Positions 1-9,022 of a stretch of DNA of 64,000 nt are shown piece by piece. A model generated the notes under the pieces. The model was not told the origin of the DNA. It worked only from the letters and a program-made list of their open reading frames with translations, and made no database searches. Numbering within the stretch: position 1 is the first letter of the stretch; the number at the start of each line of letters is the position of its first letter. Source of the DNA: an uncultured Actinomycetota bacterium (lineage in GTDB: Bacteria > Actinomycetota > Actinomycetes > JACCUZ01). The stretch lies in the NCBI GenBank assembly GCA_963705885.1, contig OY970120.1, positions 2,671,219 to 2,735,218 of the forward strand. The letters are read 5' to 3'. The position numbers and the translations under genes are program-made.

Positions 1-267
1 GCCCTCGGCGACGGTCGCCCAGGTCGTCGCCAGCTCCTCCACGACCTGCAGGTAGACCTCGTAGGGCTGGGCTCCGCCGCCGTACTCCTCGGCGTAGGGC
101 AGGCCGAGCAGGCCGGCCTTGCCCAGGGTCCGGAAGACCTCGCGCGGGAACCGGCTCTCGGCCTCGTCGGTCGCGGCGCGCGGCGCGAGCTCCTCGCGGG
201 CCAGCTCGCGGGTGAGGGCGAGCAGCTCGGTGGCCTCCTCGGTGGGCAGGTGTCTCTCGACGGGCAC
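1..267 (-). CDS. acyl-CoA dehydrogenase, N-terminal part (gene continues beyond window start)
   Basis: Minus-strand translation from GTG at 267 reads VPVERHLPTEEATELLALTRELAREELAPRAATDEAESRFPREVFRTLGKAGLLGLPYAEEYGGGAQPYEVYLQVVEELATTWATVAEG. This is the classic ACAD N-terminal domain pattern (FPRE..LG.AGLLGLPYPEEYGG). The start lies 3 nt after the stop of the upstream M24 peptidase gene. Confidence 0.6.
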   Translation of the reverse strand, partial: MPVERHLPTEEATELLALTRELAREELAPRAATDEAESRFPREVFRTLGKAGLLGLPYAEEYGGGAQPYEVYLQVVEELATTWATVAEG

Positions 268-269
268 GG

Positions 270-1412
270 TCAGCCCTCTCCGTCGCTCAGGACGACGACG
301 TCGCGATCGGTCACGTTGAGCCGCTCGACGCCGTCGTCGGTGGTGACCACGATGTCCTCGATGCGTGCCCCGTGCCGGCCGGCCAGGTAGATGCCGGGCT
401 CGATCGAGAAGGCCATGCCCGGCTCGAGGACGGTGTCGTTGCCCTCGACGATGTAGGGCTCCTCGTGGGTCTCGACGCCGATGCCGTGCCCGGTGCGGTG
501 CACGAAGGCCGCGCCGTAGCCGCCCTCCTCGATGACCGAGCGGGCCGCGGAGTCGACGGACGCCGCGGTGACACCGGGGCGGGCGTGCTCGCACGCGGCC
601 GCCTGAGCGCGCCGCAGCACCGGGAAGTAGTCGCGGAACTCCTGCGGCGGCTCCCCGAGGGCGTACATGCGCGTGCAGTCGGAGCAGTAGCCCTCGGCGG
701 TCGTCCCGCCGATGTCCACCACGACCACGTCGCCGCGCGCGAGCACCCGGTCACCGACCTCGTGGTGGGGCGAGGCGCCGTTGGGCCCGGAGCCGACGAT
801 GACGAAGTCGACCGTCTCGTGGCCCTCCTCCAGGATGGCCGCGCCGATCAGTCGACCCGCCTCCCGCTCGGAGCGGCCGGGCACCAGGAACTCGCCCATC
901 CGCAGGTGCACCCGGTCGATCGCCTGGCCGGCGCGCCGCAGCGCGTCGACCTCGTCGGGCGACTTGCGCATCCGCAGGTCCGACAGCACCTCCCCGGCCA
1001 GGGACTGCTCTGCCCCTGGCAGCGCGCCCCGGAACCGCAGCACCTGCTCGGCCCACATCCGGTTCGCCAGTCCCACGCGCCCCGGCGAGCGGCCGAGCCG
1101 GCCCGCCACGAGCGCGTACGGGTCCTCGGTCTCGCCCCAGCCCACGACCTCGATGCCCAGCGAGGGCACCGCGGAGGCCTCGACGGCCGGCACCTCGAGC
1201 CGCGGGGCGACGAGGAACGGCTCGGCGTCGGCCGGCAGCACCAGGCAGGTCAGCCGCTCGAGCGGCAGGGCCTCGTAGCCCGTGAGCCACCGAAGGTCCG
1301 GCCCCGGGGTGAGCAGCAGGGCGTCCAGCCCGGCGTCGGCGGCCGCCTTGCGGGTGTGTGACAGCCGGTCGGGCGAGACGGCACGAGGGGTCATACCGGC
1401 CAATCTAGCCAA
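270..1412 (-). CDS. M24 family Xaa-Pro aminopeptidase/dipeptidase
   Basis: 380-aa ORF with the creatinase-like N-domain and a pita-bread C-domain. Metal-ligand motifs DIGG...HGTGHGIGVETHEEP...SIEPGIY are present. GC3 bias is strong. Confidence 0.85.
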   Translation of the reverse strand: MARLAGMTPRAVSPDRLSHTRKAAADAGLDALLLTPGPDLRWLTGYEALPLERLTCLVLPADAEPFLVAPRLEVPAVEASAVPSLGIEVVGWGETEDPYALVAGRLGRSPGRVGLANRMWAEQVLRFRGALPGAEQSLAGEVLSDLRMRKSPDEVDALRRAGQAIDRVHLRMGEFLVPGRSEREAGRLIGAAILEEGHETVDFVIVGSGPNGASPHHEVGDRVLARGDVVVVDIGGTTAEGYCSDCTRMYALGEPPQEFRDYFPVLRRAQAAACEHARPGVTAASVDSAARSVIEEGGYGAAFVHRTGHGIGVETHEEPYIVEGNDTVLEPGMAFSIEPGIYLAGRHGARIEDIVVTTDDGVERLNVTDRDVVVLSDGEG

Positions 1413-1456
1413 CGGCCTGCGGCGGTCCGTCGGCCACGTCTGGCAGGCTTCCGCGC

Positions 1457-2383
1457 GTGACCGACCGACCAGAGAAGCTGTTGCTGCTCGACACCCCCTC
1501 GCTGTACTTCCGGGCCTTCTTCGGCGTGCCCGACAGCATCCGGGCGCCCGACGGCACCCCGGTCAACGCCGTGCGTGGCCTGCTGGACTTCATCGCCCGG
1601 CTGGTGACCGACCGCTCCCCCACGCACCTCGTCGCGGCGATGGACGCCGACTGGCGGCCGGCCTTCCGGGTGGCGGCCATCCCCTCCTACAAGGCGCACC
1701 GTGTCGCGTCGGGGGACCAGGAGCAGGTGCCCGACCCGCTCGTGGTGCAGGTCGCGATCATCGAGGACGTCCTCGCCGCGCTCGGCGTCCCCACGATCGG
1801 CGTAGACGGCTACGAGGCCGACGACGTCATCGGGACCATCGCCACGCACTCGGCGCGGCCGGTCGACGTGGTGACCGGCGACCGCGACCTGTTCCAGCTC
1901 GTCGACGACTCACGAGGCGTCCGCATCCTCTACATCGCGCGCGGCGTCGGGCGCCACGAGGTGGTCGACGAGGCCTTCGTCACCGCGAAGTACGGCATCC
2001 CGGGCCGCGCCTACGCCGACTTCGCGACCCTGCGCGGCGACCCGAGCGACGGGCTGCCCGGGGTGCCCGGCGTGGGCGAGAAGACCGCCGCGGCGCTGGT
2101 CACCAAGTACGGCTCGCTCGAGGGCATCCTCGCGGCCCTCGCGTCGGGCGACACGGGGATGCCCGCGGGCGCGCGCACCAAGCTCGCCGCCGCCACCGAC
2201 TACCTGGCCGTGGCGCCGGTCGTCGTGGCCGTCGCCGCCGACGCGCCCGTCCCCGCGCACGACGGCGCCGTGTCCGCCTCCCCGTACGACCCGGAGCGGC
2301 TGCTTCGGCTCTCCGAGCGGTGGGGCCTGGACAGCTCCCTCAACCGGGTCCTCGCCGCCTTCGGCACCGTCACCCGGGACTGA
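1457..2383 (+). CDS. 5'-3' exonuclease (Pol I-like 5' nuclease domain protein)
   Basis: GTG start. N-terminus LLLLDTPSLYFRAFFG and acidic-cluster motifs (DGYEADDVIGT, GDRDLFQL) are typical of the Rv2090-type 5'-3' exonuclease. A helix-hairpin-helix region (GVPGVGEKTAAALV) follows. Confidence 0.85.
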   Translation: MTDRPEKLLLLDTPSLYFRAFFGVPDSIRAPDGTPVNAVRGLLDFIARLVTDRSPTHLVAAMDADWRPAFRVAAIPSYKAHRVASGDQEQVPDPLVVQVAIIEDVLAALGVPTIGVDGYEADDVIGTIATHSARPVDVVTGDRDLFQLVDDSRGVRILYIARGVGRHEVVDEAFVTAKYGIPGRAYADFATLRGDPSDGLPGVPGVGEKTAAALVTKYGSLEGILAALASGDTGMPAGARTKLAAATDYLAVAPVVVAVAADAPVPAHDGAVSASPYDPERLLRLSERWGLDSSLNRVLAAFGTVTRD

Positions 2384-2442
2384 CCCGTCTCGCCCACCCC
2401 CGCCTACCTCACGTGGTCGAAGCGGGAGAGGCGGGAACGGGC

Positions 2443-5205
2443 TCAGGTCACCGCGGAGTAGGCGACGACGCCGCGACGCAGCAGGTCGGCAGCCCGCCGG
2501 GCCGTGTCGCCGACCGCCGACGCGGCGGCGTCGTCGGCCGCCGGCCGGGTGGCGTCGGCGACCTGGCCGAGCAGGTCCACCACCTGCTTGGTCCAGCGCA
2601 CGAAGTCGCCGGCCTGCAGGTCGGTGTCGCGCAGCACGGCGTCGAGCGAGTCGCCGGACGCCCACCGGTAGGTCGCCCAGACGAAGCCGAGGTCGGGCTC
2701 CCGGGCGCGCTCGATGCGGTGCTCGCGCTCGCGGTCCTCCAGCCCCGCCCAGATCCGCACCGTCTCGGCCAGCGCGTGGCGTGACCGGCCGGGCGGCAGC
2801 CGGGGCGTCGTCGCGTCCTCGGGCTGGCGCGACTCGAAGACCAGCGCCGAGACGCACGCGGCCAGCTCGGCCGGGCCCAGCCCGTCCCAGACGCCCGCCC
2901 GGAGGCACTCCGCGGCCAGCAGGTCGAGCTCGGTGTAGATGACGCCGAGCCGGCGGCCCTGCTCGCCGACCTGTTCGCCGTCGAGGTAGCCGAGCTCCTC
3001 CAGCAGCGCGCAGATGCGGTCGAACGTCCGCGAGATCGTGTGCGTCCGGTGCTGCACCCGCTGCTTGAGGCCGTCGGTCTCCCGCCGCAGCCGGTGGTAG
3101 CGCTCCGCCCAGCGGGCGTGGTCCTCGCGCTCGGCGCAGCCGTGGCAGGGGTGCGCCCGCATCGCGGCGCGCAGGCGGGCGAGCTCCGCGTCGTCGGCGG
3201 CGGCGGCGCGTTCCTTGCGGGGCCGCCCCGGGGGCATCACGGCGAGGCCCGTGTTCCGCAGGGTCGACGCGAGGTCACGGCGCTGCGCCGGGTTGCGGGC
3301 GTTGAACGACCTCGGCAGCCGCAGGCGGCGCAGCGACTCCACCGGCGACGGGAAGTCGGTCGTCGACAGGCGGCGCACCTGGCGCTCGGCGGTGAGGACG
3401 GTGGGGCGCGGCCCGTCGCCGCCGGCGGTCAGCCCCGGGTCCAGGACCACGGCCAGGCCGCCCCGCCGGCCGGCGGGCACGTGGATGACGTCTCCGGGCC
3501 GGAGCCGCTCCAGCGACGCGGCGGCCGCGGCCCGCCGGTTGGCCGCGCCGGAGCGCGACAGCTCGGCCTCCCGGTCGGAGAGGCCCCGGCGCAGCGCCGC
3601 GTACTCGGTGAAGTCGCCCAGGTGGCAGGTCATCGCCTCCTGGTAGCCCTCGAGACCCTCCTCGTTGCGCCGAAGCTGGCGGGCCAGCCCGACGACCGCC
3701 CGGTCGGCCTGGAACTGCGCGAACGACGACTGCAGCAGCGCGCGTGCCCGCTCGCGGCCGACCTGCCGCACGAGGTTGACCGCCATGTTGTAGGAGGGCC
3801 GGAAGCTGGAGCGCAGCGGGTAGGTGCGCGTGCTGGCCAGGCCCGCCAGCGCGTCCGGCTCGAACCCGGGCGACCACACGACGACCGCGTGCCCCTCGAC
3901 GTCGATACCGCGCCGCCCGGCCCGTCCGGTGAGCTGGGTGTACTCCCCCGGTGTCACGTCGGCGTGGCTCTCGCCGTTCCACTTCACCAGCCGCTCGAGC
4001 ACGACCGACCGGGCGGGCATGTTGATGCCCAGCGCGAGGGTCTCCGTGGCGAAGACCGCCTTCACCAGGCCGCGCACGAACAGCTGCTCGACGACCTCCT
4101 TGAACGTCGGCAGCATGCCCGCGTGGTGCGCGGCGACGCCCCGCTCGAGGCCCGCGAGCCACTCGTGGAACCCGAGCACCGCCAGGTCCTCGACGGGGAT
4201 GTCCGCCACGGCCTCCTGGACGACCGCACGGACCTCGTCGCGCTCGGCCGGCTGCAGCAGCCGGACGCCCGAGCGCAGGCACTGCGCCACCGCGGCGTCG
4301 CAGCCCGCCCGGCTGAAGATGAACGTGATGGCCGGCAGCAGCCCCTCGGCGTCCAGGCGCGTCACGACGTCCACCCGGCTGGGCGCCCACACCTTGCGCG
4401 GTCGCTGCCCTCCCCGGGTGGGCCTGCGGGCCCCGCTGCGGACGAAGCGGTCCTGCTGCCGGGCCAGCCGGGTGAGCTCCGGGTTCACGGTGCGCGCCCG
4501 GTCGTCCTCGCCGCCCCGCCCGCCGTCCTCGACGAAGAGGTCGTAGAGCCGGTGGTCGGCCATGACGTGCTGCCACAGCGGCACCGGCCGGTGCTCCTCG
4601 ACGATGACGACGGTGTCGCCGCGCACCGTCACCAGCCAGTCACCGAACTCCTCGGCGTTGCTGACCGTCGCCGACAGGGACACCAGGCGCACCGACTCGG
4701 GGAGGTGGATGATCACCTCCTCCCACACCGCACCGCGGAACCGGTCGGACAGGTAGTGCACCTCGTCCATGACGACGTAGCCGAGCCCCAGCAGGGTGGG
4801 CGACCCCGCGTAGAGCATGTTGCGCAGCACCTCGGTCGTCATGACCACGACCGGCGCCTCGCCGTTGACCGTGTTGTCGCCGGTGAGCAGTCCGACCCGG
4901 TCGGCGCCGTGACGGCGCACGAGGTCGGCGTACTTCTGGTTCGACAGCGCCTTGATGGGTGTCGTGTAGAAGCACTTGCGCCCCTCGGCGAGCGCGAGGT
5001 GCACCGCGAACTCGCCCACGACCGTCTTCCCCGCGCCGGTCGGCGCCGCCACGAGCACGCCGTTCCCGCTCTCGAGCGCCTGGCAGGCCCGCACCTGGAA
5101 GGGGTCGAGGCCGAAGGGGTAGAGGGCCTCGAAGGCCCCCAGCGCGGACGACGAGTGCTCCCGGCGCCGGCGCGCGTGGGCGTACCGCTCCGCCGGTGAC
5201 GTCAT
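2443..5205 (-). CDS. helY: ATP-dependent DEAD/DEAH-box RNA helicase HelY (Ski2-like)
   Basis: 920 aa. Walker A AAPTGAGKT, DEVH box (VVMDEVHYL), SAT motif, and a C-terminal Ski2/DSHCT-like region. Position next to tatA/tatC matches the Mycobacterium helY locus. Confidence 0.9.
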   Translation of the reverse strand: MTSPAERYAHARRRREHSSSALGAFEALYPFGLDPFQVRACQALESGNGVLVAAPTGAGKTVVGEFAVHLALAEGRKCFYTTPIKALSNQKYADLVRRHGADRVGLLTGDNTVNGEAPVVVMTTEVLRNMLYAGSPTLLGLGYVVMDEVHYLSDRFRGAVWEEVIIHLPESVRLVSLSATVSNAEEFGDWLVTVRGDTVVIVEEHRPVPLWQHVMADHRLYDLFVEDGGRGGEDDRARTVNPELTRLARQQDRFVRSGARRPTRGGQRPRKVWAPSRVDVVTRLDAEGLLPAITFIFSRAGCDAAVAQCLRSGVRLLQPAERDEVRAVVQEAVADIPVEDLAVLGFHEWLAGLERGVAAHHAGMLPTFKEVVEQLFVRGLVKAVFATETLALGINMPARSVVLERLVKWNGESHADVTPGEYTQLTGRAGRRGIDVEGHAVVVWSPGFEPDALAGLASTRTYPLRSSFRPSYNMAVNLVRQVGRERARALLQSSFAQFQADRAVVGLARQLRRNEEGLEGYQEAMTCHLGDFTEYAALRRGLSDREAELSRSGAANRRAAAAASLERLRPGDVIHVPAGRRGGLAVVLDPGLTAGGDGPRPTVLTAERQVRRLSTTDFPSPVESLRRLRLPRSFNARNPAQRRDLASTLRNTGLAVMPPGRPRKERAAAADDAELARLRAAMRAHPCHGCAEREDHARWAERYHRLRRETDGLKQRVQHRTHTISRTFDRICALLEELGYLDGEQVGEQGRRLGVIYTELDLLAAECLRAGVWDGLGPAELAACVSALVFESRQPEDATTPRLPPGRSRHALAETVRIWAGLEDREREHRIERAREPDLGFVWATYRWASGDSLDAVLRDTDLQAGDFVRWTKQVVDLLGQVADATRPAADDAAASAVGDTARRAADLLRRGVVAYSAVT

Positions 5206-5215
5206 GGCTGCGATG

Positions 5216-6118
5216 CTACGTCGCGGTCGCCGCCGTCCCGCTCTCCGGCGCGAACACCCGCAGGGCGGCGGGCACCGTCTCGCAGGTCACCGGCAGCACC
5301 GACACCCGTTCCCCGTCGGCGTAGGCCGTGACGTCGTCGGCGCGCAGCGTGACCGTGCGGGCCCGCCGGACGGTGACGGCCCGGTGCTCGACGTGCGTGC
5401 CGCGGTAGACCGTCGGGAACACCCGCAGGAACTCCGGCTTGGAGATCGGGCCCAGCACGGTGACGTCGAGCAGCCCGTCGTCCATGAGGGCGCCGGGGCA
5501 CACCAGCATCCCCCCGCCGTACGACCGACCGTTGCCGACCGCGACCAGCATCGCGGCGGTCTCCCAGCGGACCCCGTCGAGCTCGAGGACGTAGGGCACG
5601 GGGCGGAACGTCCGCAGCTCGGCCAGGATCGCCAGGTTGTAGCGGGCGCGCCCGTTGGGCCAGGTCATGCGGTTGGCGCGCTCGTTGACCATCGAGTCGA
5701 ACCCGGAGCCGAGCACGCCGGCGAACCAGCGGCCGTTGGCCCGGCCCAGGTCCAGCCGGCGGGTCCTCCCGAGGCGCACCAGGTCGACGGCCGCCGCCGG
5801 GTCGCCCGGGACGATGCCCAGCGACCGGGCGATGTCGTTGCCCGTGCCCGCGGGCACGACGCCCAGCGGGACGTCCGTCCCGCCCACCACCTGCAGGGCG
5901 ATGTTGACCAGGCCGTCGCCGCCGACGGCCACGACGCCGTCGACGCCGGCGGCCACCCGGTCGCGGAGCCGGTCGAAGGCCTCGTCGCCGTCGCGTCCGG
6001 CGACGACGTCGACGCCGGTGCCGTCCCGGCGCAGCCGCGCGCAGACCTGGTCGAGCCATCTCGCACCCCGGCCGTTGCCCGACGTCGGGTTGACCACGAG
6101 CGCGAGCCGGCGGGTCAC
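5216..6118 (-). CDS. diacylglycerol kinase catalytic-domain family lipid kinase
   Basis: 300 aa. N-terminal LALVVNPTSGNGRG and a GGDGT-like motif (VVAVGGDGLVN), as in DAGK_cat/YegS-type lipid kinases. Confidence 0.8.
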   Translation of the reverse strand: MTRRLALVVNPTSGNGRGARWLDQVCARLRRDGTGVDVVAGRDGDEAFDRLRDRVAAGVDGVVAVGGDGLVNIALQVVGGTDVPLGVVPAGTGNDIARSLGIVPGDPAAAVDLVRLGRTRRLDLGRANGRWFAGVLGSGFDSMVNERANRMTWPNGRARYNLAILAELRTFRPVPYVLELDGVRWETAAMLVAVGNGRSYGGGMLVCPGALMDDGLLDVTVLGPISKPEFLRVFPTVYRGTHVEHRAVTVRRARTVTLRADDVTAYADGERVSVLPVTCETVPAALRVFAPESGTAATAT

Positions 6119-6157
6119 GCCGGGCCTCCGACGCGGGGTGCGAGCACGGCGGGAAGG

Positions 6158-7042
6158 CTAGCGGTCCTGGTCACCGGGAGGCGGGCCGAGCGGGCTCGCC
6201 TCGTCGTCGTCGAGACCCGTGTAGTCGACCCCGTCGACGCCCTGACGCCGGCGGCGGCGGTCGGTCAGCAGGGCCAGACCGGCCGCGAGGTAGTAGAGCA
6301 CCAGCATCGGGACCGCCAGCGCGGTCATCGTGTAGGGGTCGCCGGACGGCGTCGCCACGGCCGCGAAGACGAACCCGCCGAGGATCACCGGGCGCCAGGC
6401 GCGCAGCAGCTGGCGCCCGGACACGACCCCGGCGAGGTTGAGCGCGACGAGGAAGACCGGCAGCACGAACGCGATGCCGAAGACCAGGAACATCCGCAGC
6501 ACGAACGACAGGTAGTTGTCGAGCCCGATGATGTTGGCGACCCGCTCGGGCGCCGGGTTGAACCCGATCAGCAGGTCGAAGCCCTTGGGCAGGAAGAAGT
6601 AGGCCAGCACGGCGCCGCCGAGGAACAGCGGCACGCTCACGGCGACGAAGGCGATGCCGTAGCGGCGCTCGCGCTGGTGCAGGCCGGGCGCGACGAAGCC
6701 CCACAGGTTGTACATCCACACGGGGCTGGCCAGGAAGATGCCGGCCATCGCGCAGATCTTCAGCGCGTAGGAGAACGGGTCGCCGATGCCCTGGAAGTTC
6801 AGGGTGAGGTTGTAGCCCTTGGCCTTGTAGTCGTCGGCGATCTCGTAGAAGGGGTCGGTGACGAGGTCGAAGAGCTGCTTGTAGAACAGCGCCGACACGA
6901 TCGACGCGACGACGATGGCCACCACGCCCCGGGTGACGCGGACGCGCAGCTCGCTGAGGTGAGCACCGAGCGGCATCCGCCCCTCAGGGTCCCGGGGCGA
7001 CCGGTCACGCCGCCGCACGCGTCGCTCGCCGATGGACGTCAC
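6158..7042 (-). CDS. tatC: twin-arginine translocase subunit TatC
   Basis: Six predicted TM segments. The HLxELRxR motif (MPLGAHLSELRVR) is present. Sits immediately downstream of tatA. The real start may be the internal Met at ~6976 (MPLGAHL...). Confidence 0.9.
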   Translation of the reverse strand: MTSIGERRVRRRDRSPRDPEGRMPLGAHLSELRVRVTRGVVAIVVASIVSALFYKQLFDLVTDPFYEIADDYKAKGYNLTLNFQGIGDPFSYALKICAMAGIFLASPVWMYNLWGFVAPGLHQRERRYGIAFVAVSVPLFLGGAVLAYFFLPKGFDLLIGFNPAPERVANIIGLDNYLSFVLRMFLVFGIAFVLPVFLVALNLAGVVSGRQLLRAWRPVILGGFVFAAVATPSGDPYTMTALAVPMLVLYYLAAGLALLTDRRRRRQGVDGVDYTGLDDDEASPLGPPPGDQDR

Positions 7043-7061
7043 CGAGGGTCAGCCGGACCCG

Positions 7062-7340
7062 TCAGCGGTCGCGGTCGGCCTGCTCCGGGGCCGCGACGCG
7101 CGGCGACTCGTCGGCGTGGGGCGCGTCGACGACCCGGCCCTCGACCTCACGGGGCTGCGCCGGCGGAGCGGGCTTCTCCTCGTCGTCGTTGCGCATCTCC
7201 TTGACCTCGGACTTGAACACGCGCATCGAGCGCCCGAGGCTGCGGGCCGCGTCGGGCAGGCGCTTGGCGCCGAAGAGGAGGACGAGCACCACGAGGATCA
7301 GGATGATCTCAGGGGCTTGCAGCGATCGGAACATGGTCAC
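7062..7340 (-). CDS. tatA: twin-arginine translocase subunit TatA/E
   Basis: 92 aa. Single TM ([17 protein letters not shown]) followed by an amphipathic helix and an acidic tail. Canonical TatA. Confidence 0.9.
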   Translation of the reverse strand: MTMFRSLQAPEIILILVVLVLLFGAKRLPDAARSLGRSMRVFKSEVKEMRNDDEEKPAPPAQPREVEGRVVDAPHADESPRVAAPEQADRDR

Positions 7341-7582
7341 CTCAGGGGTCGTGGGCCCGAACGACTCGATCCTACGCTCGCCCGCCCGTCCGGGACGGCC
7401 TCACGGGCAGCCTCGAGGTCCGCGAGCCGGTCGGAGAGCTCGCCGAGCCGGTCCGCGGTGGCGCCGAGCTCACGGGTCAGGGCGCGCAGCGTGCGCCAGA
7501 CGTCCCGGCCGAGGAGGAACAGGACCGCGCCCGCGCCGAGCACGAGAGCCGTCCAGAGCAGCAGCCAGGTCCACCACGTCAC
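7337..7582 (-). CDS. hypothetical small membrane protein (single TM plus coiled-coil-like tail)
   Basis: 81 aa, W-rich TM ([24 protein letters not shown]). Strong GC3 bias. Its stop overlaps the tatA start codon (ATGA-type overlap at 7337-7340). Confidence 0.45.
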   Translation of the reverse strand: MTWWTWLLLWTALVLGAGAVLFLLGRDVWRTLRALTRELGATADRLGELSDRLADLEAAREAVPDGRASVGSSRSGPRPLR

Positions 7583-7620
7583 CCGGGCACGCTACAGCGG
7601 GTCCGTCCGACCGGTTCGGG

Positions 7621-7953
7621 TCAGGCGCCGACGCGGGGGGTGATCATCGCGGCGAGCAGGTGGACGCGGTCGAGCCCGAGGGCGAAGTCGAGCACGTCGT
7701 CGTAGGTGATCGGGGAGCCGTCGTGCTCCTCGAGCGCCTCGGCGGGGATGACCCAGTGCTCGGCGGTGACCCCGCCGGAGACCAGCAGCGTCACGACCTC
7801 GTGGTCGGCCGGCTTCTTGACCTCGTCGCGGCAGGTGCTGCAGAGGAAGGAGTAGAAGGACCACTCGGGGCGGGTGCACACGACGAGACGCATCTGCGGC
7901 GGCGTGAGCTCGACATCCCCGCAGACGGGGCACGAGGTCTTGATGGTCGTCAT
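7621..7953 (-). CDS. hypothetical zinc-ribbon protein (CxxC...CxxC)
   Basis: 110 aa with CPVCGD...C(n)CSTCRD. Excellent GC3 codon bias. I do not recognise a named family. Confidence 0.55.
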   Translation of the reverse strand: MTTIKTSCPVCGDVELTPPQMRLVVCTRPEWSFYSFLCSTCRDEVKKPADHEVVTLLVSGGVTAEHWVIPAEALEEHDGSPITYDDVLDFALGLDRVHLLAAMITPRVGA

Positions 7954-8065
7954 GGCCGTCCGCCTCCCTTCCGAACCTTCGACGGGCGCCTGGTGAGGGC
8001 GACTTCCATCTGTTCGGCAGGCTCGGTGGGAGGCTTGAGCGAGATGGTCCGTTGGGACCAGGGGG

Positions 8066-9022
8066 TCACGTCCGAACGTACGCCCCGAGCGCCTCGCGGG
8101 CGCGCCGCTGCACGTCGGCGGCCAGCGTGGGCGGGTCCAGCACGCGCGCGGCGCCGCCCAGGCGCAGCGCCAGCGTCCTCAGCCAGCGGTCGTCGGCGGC
8201 GCGGAGCCGCACGAGCAGCCGGTCGTCGGGCATCCGGTCCACGGACTCGACCGGGTAGTAGTCGGCGACCCAGTGAGCCGGCGGGTCGAGCTCGAGGGTC
8301 ACCACGGTGTCCTCCGGCGAGGGGCGGAACAGGCCCTCCCGCAGGTCGCGCGTGCTGGCGGCGGGCGGCACCTCGGCGGCCACGTCGAGCACGGCGACCG
8401 CCTCGACCCGGTCCATGCGGAACAGCCGCACCTCCTCGGCGCGCCGGCACCAGGCCTCGAGGTACCACCGCGCGTCGACCATCAGCACCCGCATCGGGTC
8501 GACGTCGCGCTCGGTGGTCTCGTCACGGGCGGGGACGAAGTAGGTCAGGTGGAGCCGTCTACCGTCGACCAGGGCCCGGCGGACCTCGGCCAGCGGGCCG
8601 ACCCGGTCGGCCACGTCCACCGACACGTGCGCGCTCGGGGCGGCGGCGTCACCGGCCGCGGCCTCCAGCTTGGCCAGCGTCCGGTCCAGCGCCCCCCGGT
8701 CGTGCAGCCCCGGGACGTCGGCCAGGGCGCGCAGGCCCACCAGGAGGGCGAGGGCCTCGTCGACGGCCAGCCGCAGCGGCCGCGCGATCGCGTCGACGTT
8801 GCCCAGGTAGACGTGGCCGTCGTCCCACTCGGCCTCGATGAGGTCGTCGGGCATGTGGCCCGGCGTCCCGCACACGAACAGCAGCTCGAGGTCCTTGACG
8901 AGCTGGCGCTCGCTGATGCCGAACTCGGCGGCGGCCTCGGCCAGCGGGATGCCCTGGCGCCCGACGAGGTAGGGCACCATCGCGAGCAGCCGGGACAGGC
9001 GGTCGGTGGCCCCGGGGCTCAT
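8066..9022 (-). CDS. pafC: proteasome accessory factor PafC (HTH-WYL regulator)
   Basis: Start trimmed to MSPGATDRLSRLLAMVPYLV (ATG at 9022). N-terminal HTH, central WYL domain and C-terminal WCTERM-like region. Start overlaps the pafB stop (ATGA). Confidence 0.85.
   Translation of the reverse strand: MSPGATDRLSRLLAMVPYLVGRQGIPLAEAAAEFGISERQLVKDLELLFVCGTPGHMPDDLIEAEWDDGHVYLGNVDAIARPLRLAVDEALALLVGLRALADVPGLHDRGALDRTLAKLEAAAGDAAAPSAHVSVDVADRVGPLAEVRRALVDGRRLHLTYFVPARDETTERDVDPMRVLMVDARWYLEAWCRRAEEVRLFRMDRVEAVAVLDVAAEVPPAASTRDLREGLFRPSPEDTVVTLELDPPAHWVADYYPVESVDRMPDDRLLVRLRAADDRWLRTLALRLGGAARVLDPPTLAADVQRRAREALGAYVRT

Noticed and set aside
372-1361. Long plus-strand ORFs antisense to the M24 peptidase gene (372..1361, 712..1278).
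   Set aside because: Typical high-GC antisense and out-of-frame artefacts. They produce Arg/Gly/Ala/Pro-rich low-complexity translations with no motif and lie opposite a well-supported gene.
3040-5199. 719-aa plus-strand ORF antisense to helY; also 3275..4576 and 3824..4546.
   Set aside because: Low-complexity Arg/Gly/Pro translation with no GC3 codon periodicity. The helY frame carries all helicase motifs.
5204-7204. 666-aa plus-strand ORF spanning the DAGK/tatC region; also 7189..8841 (550 aa) and 10441..13170 (909 aa), all antisense.
   Set aside because: Antisense to multiple motif-bearing genes. Repetitive RG/PG-rich translations. These are artefacts of GC richness.
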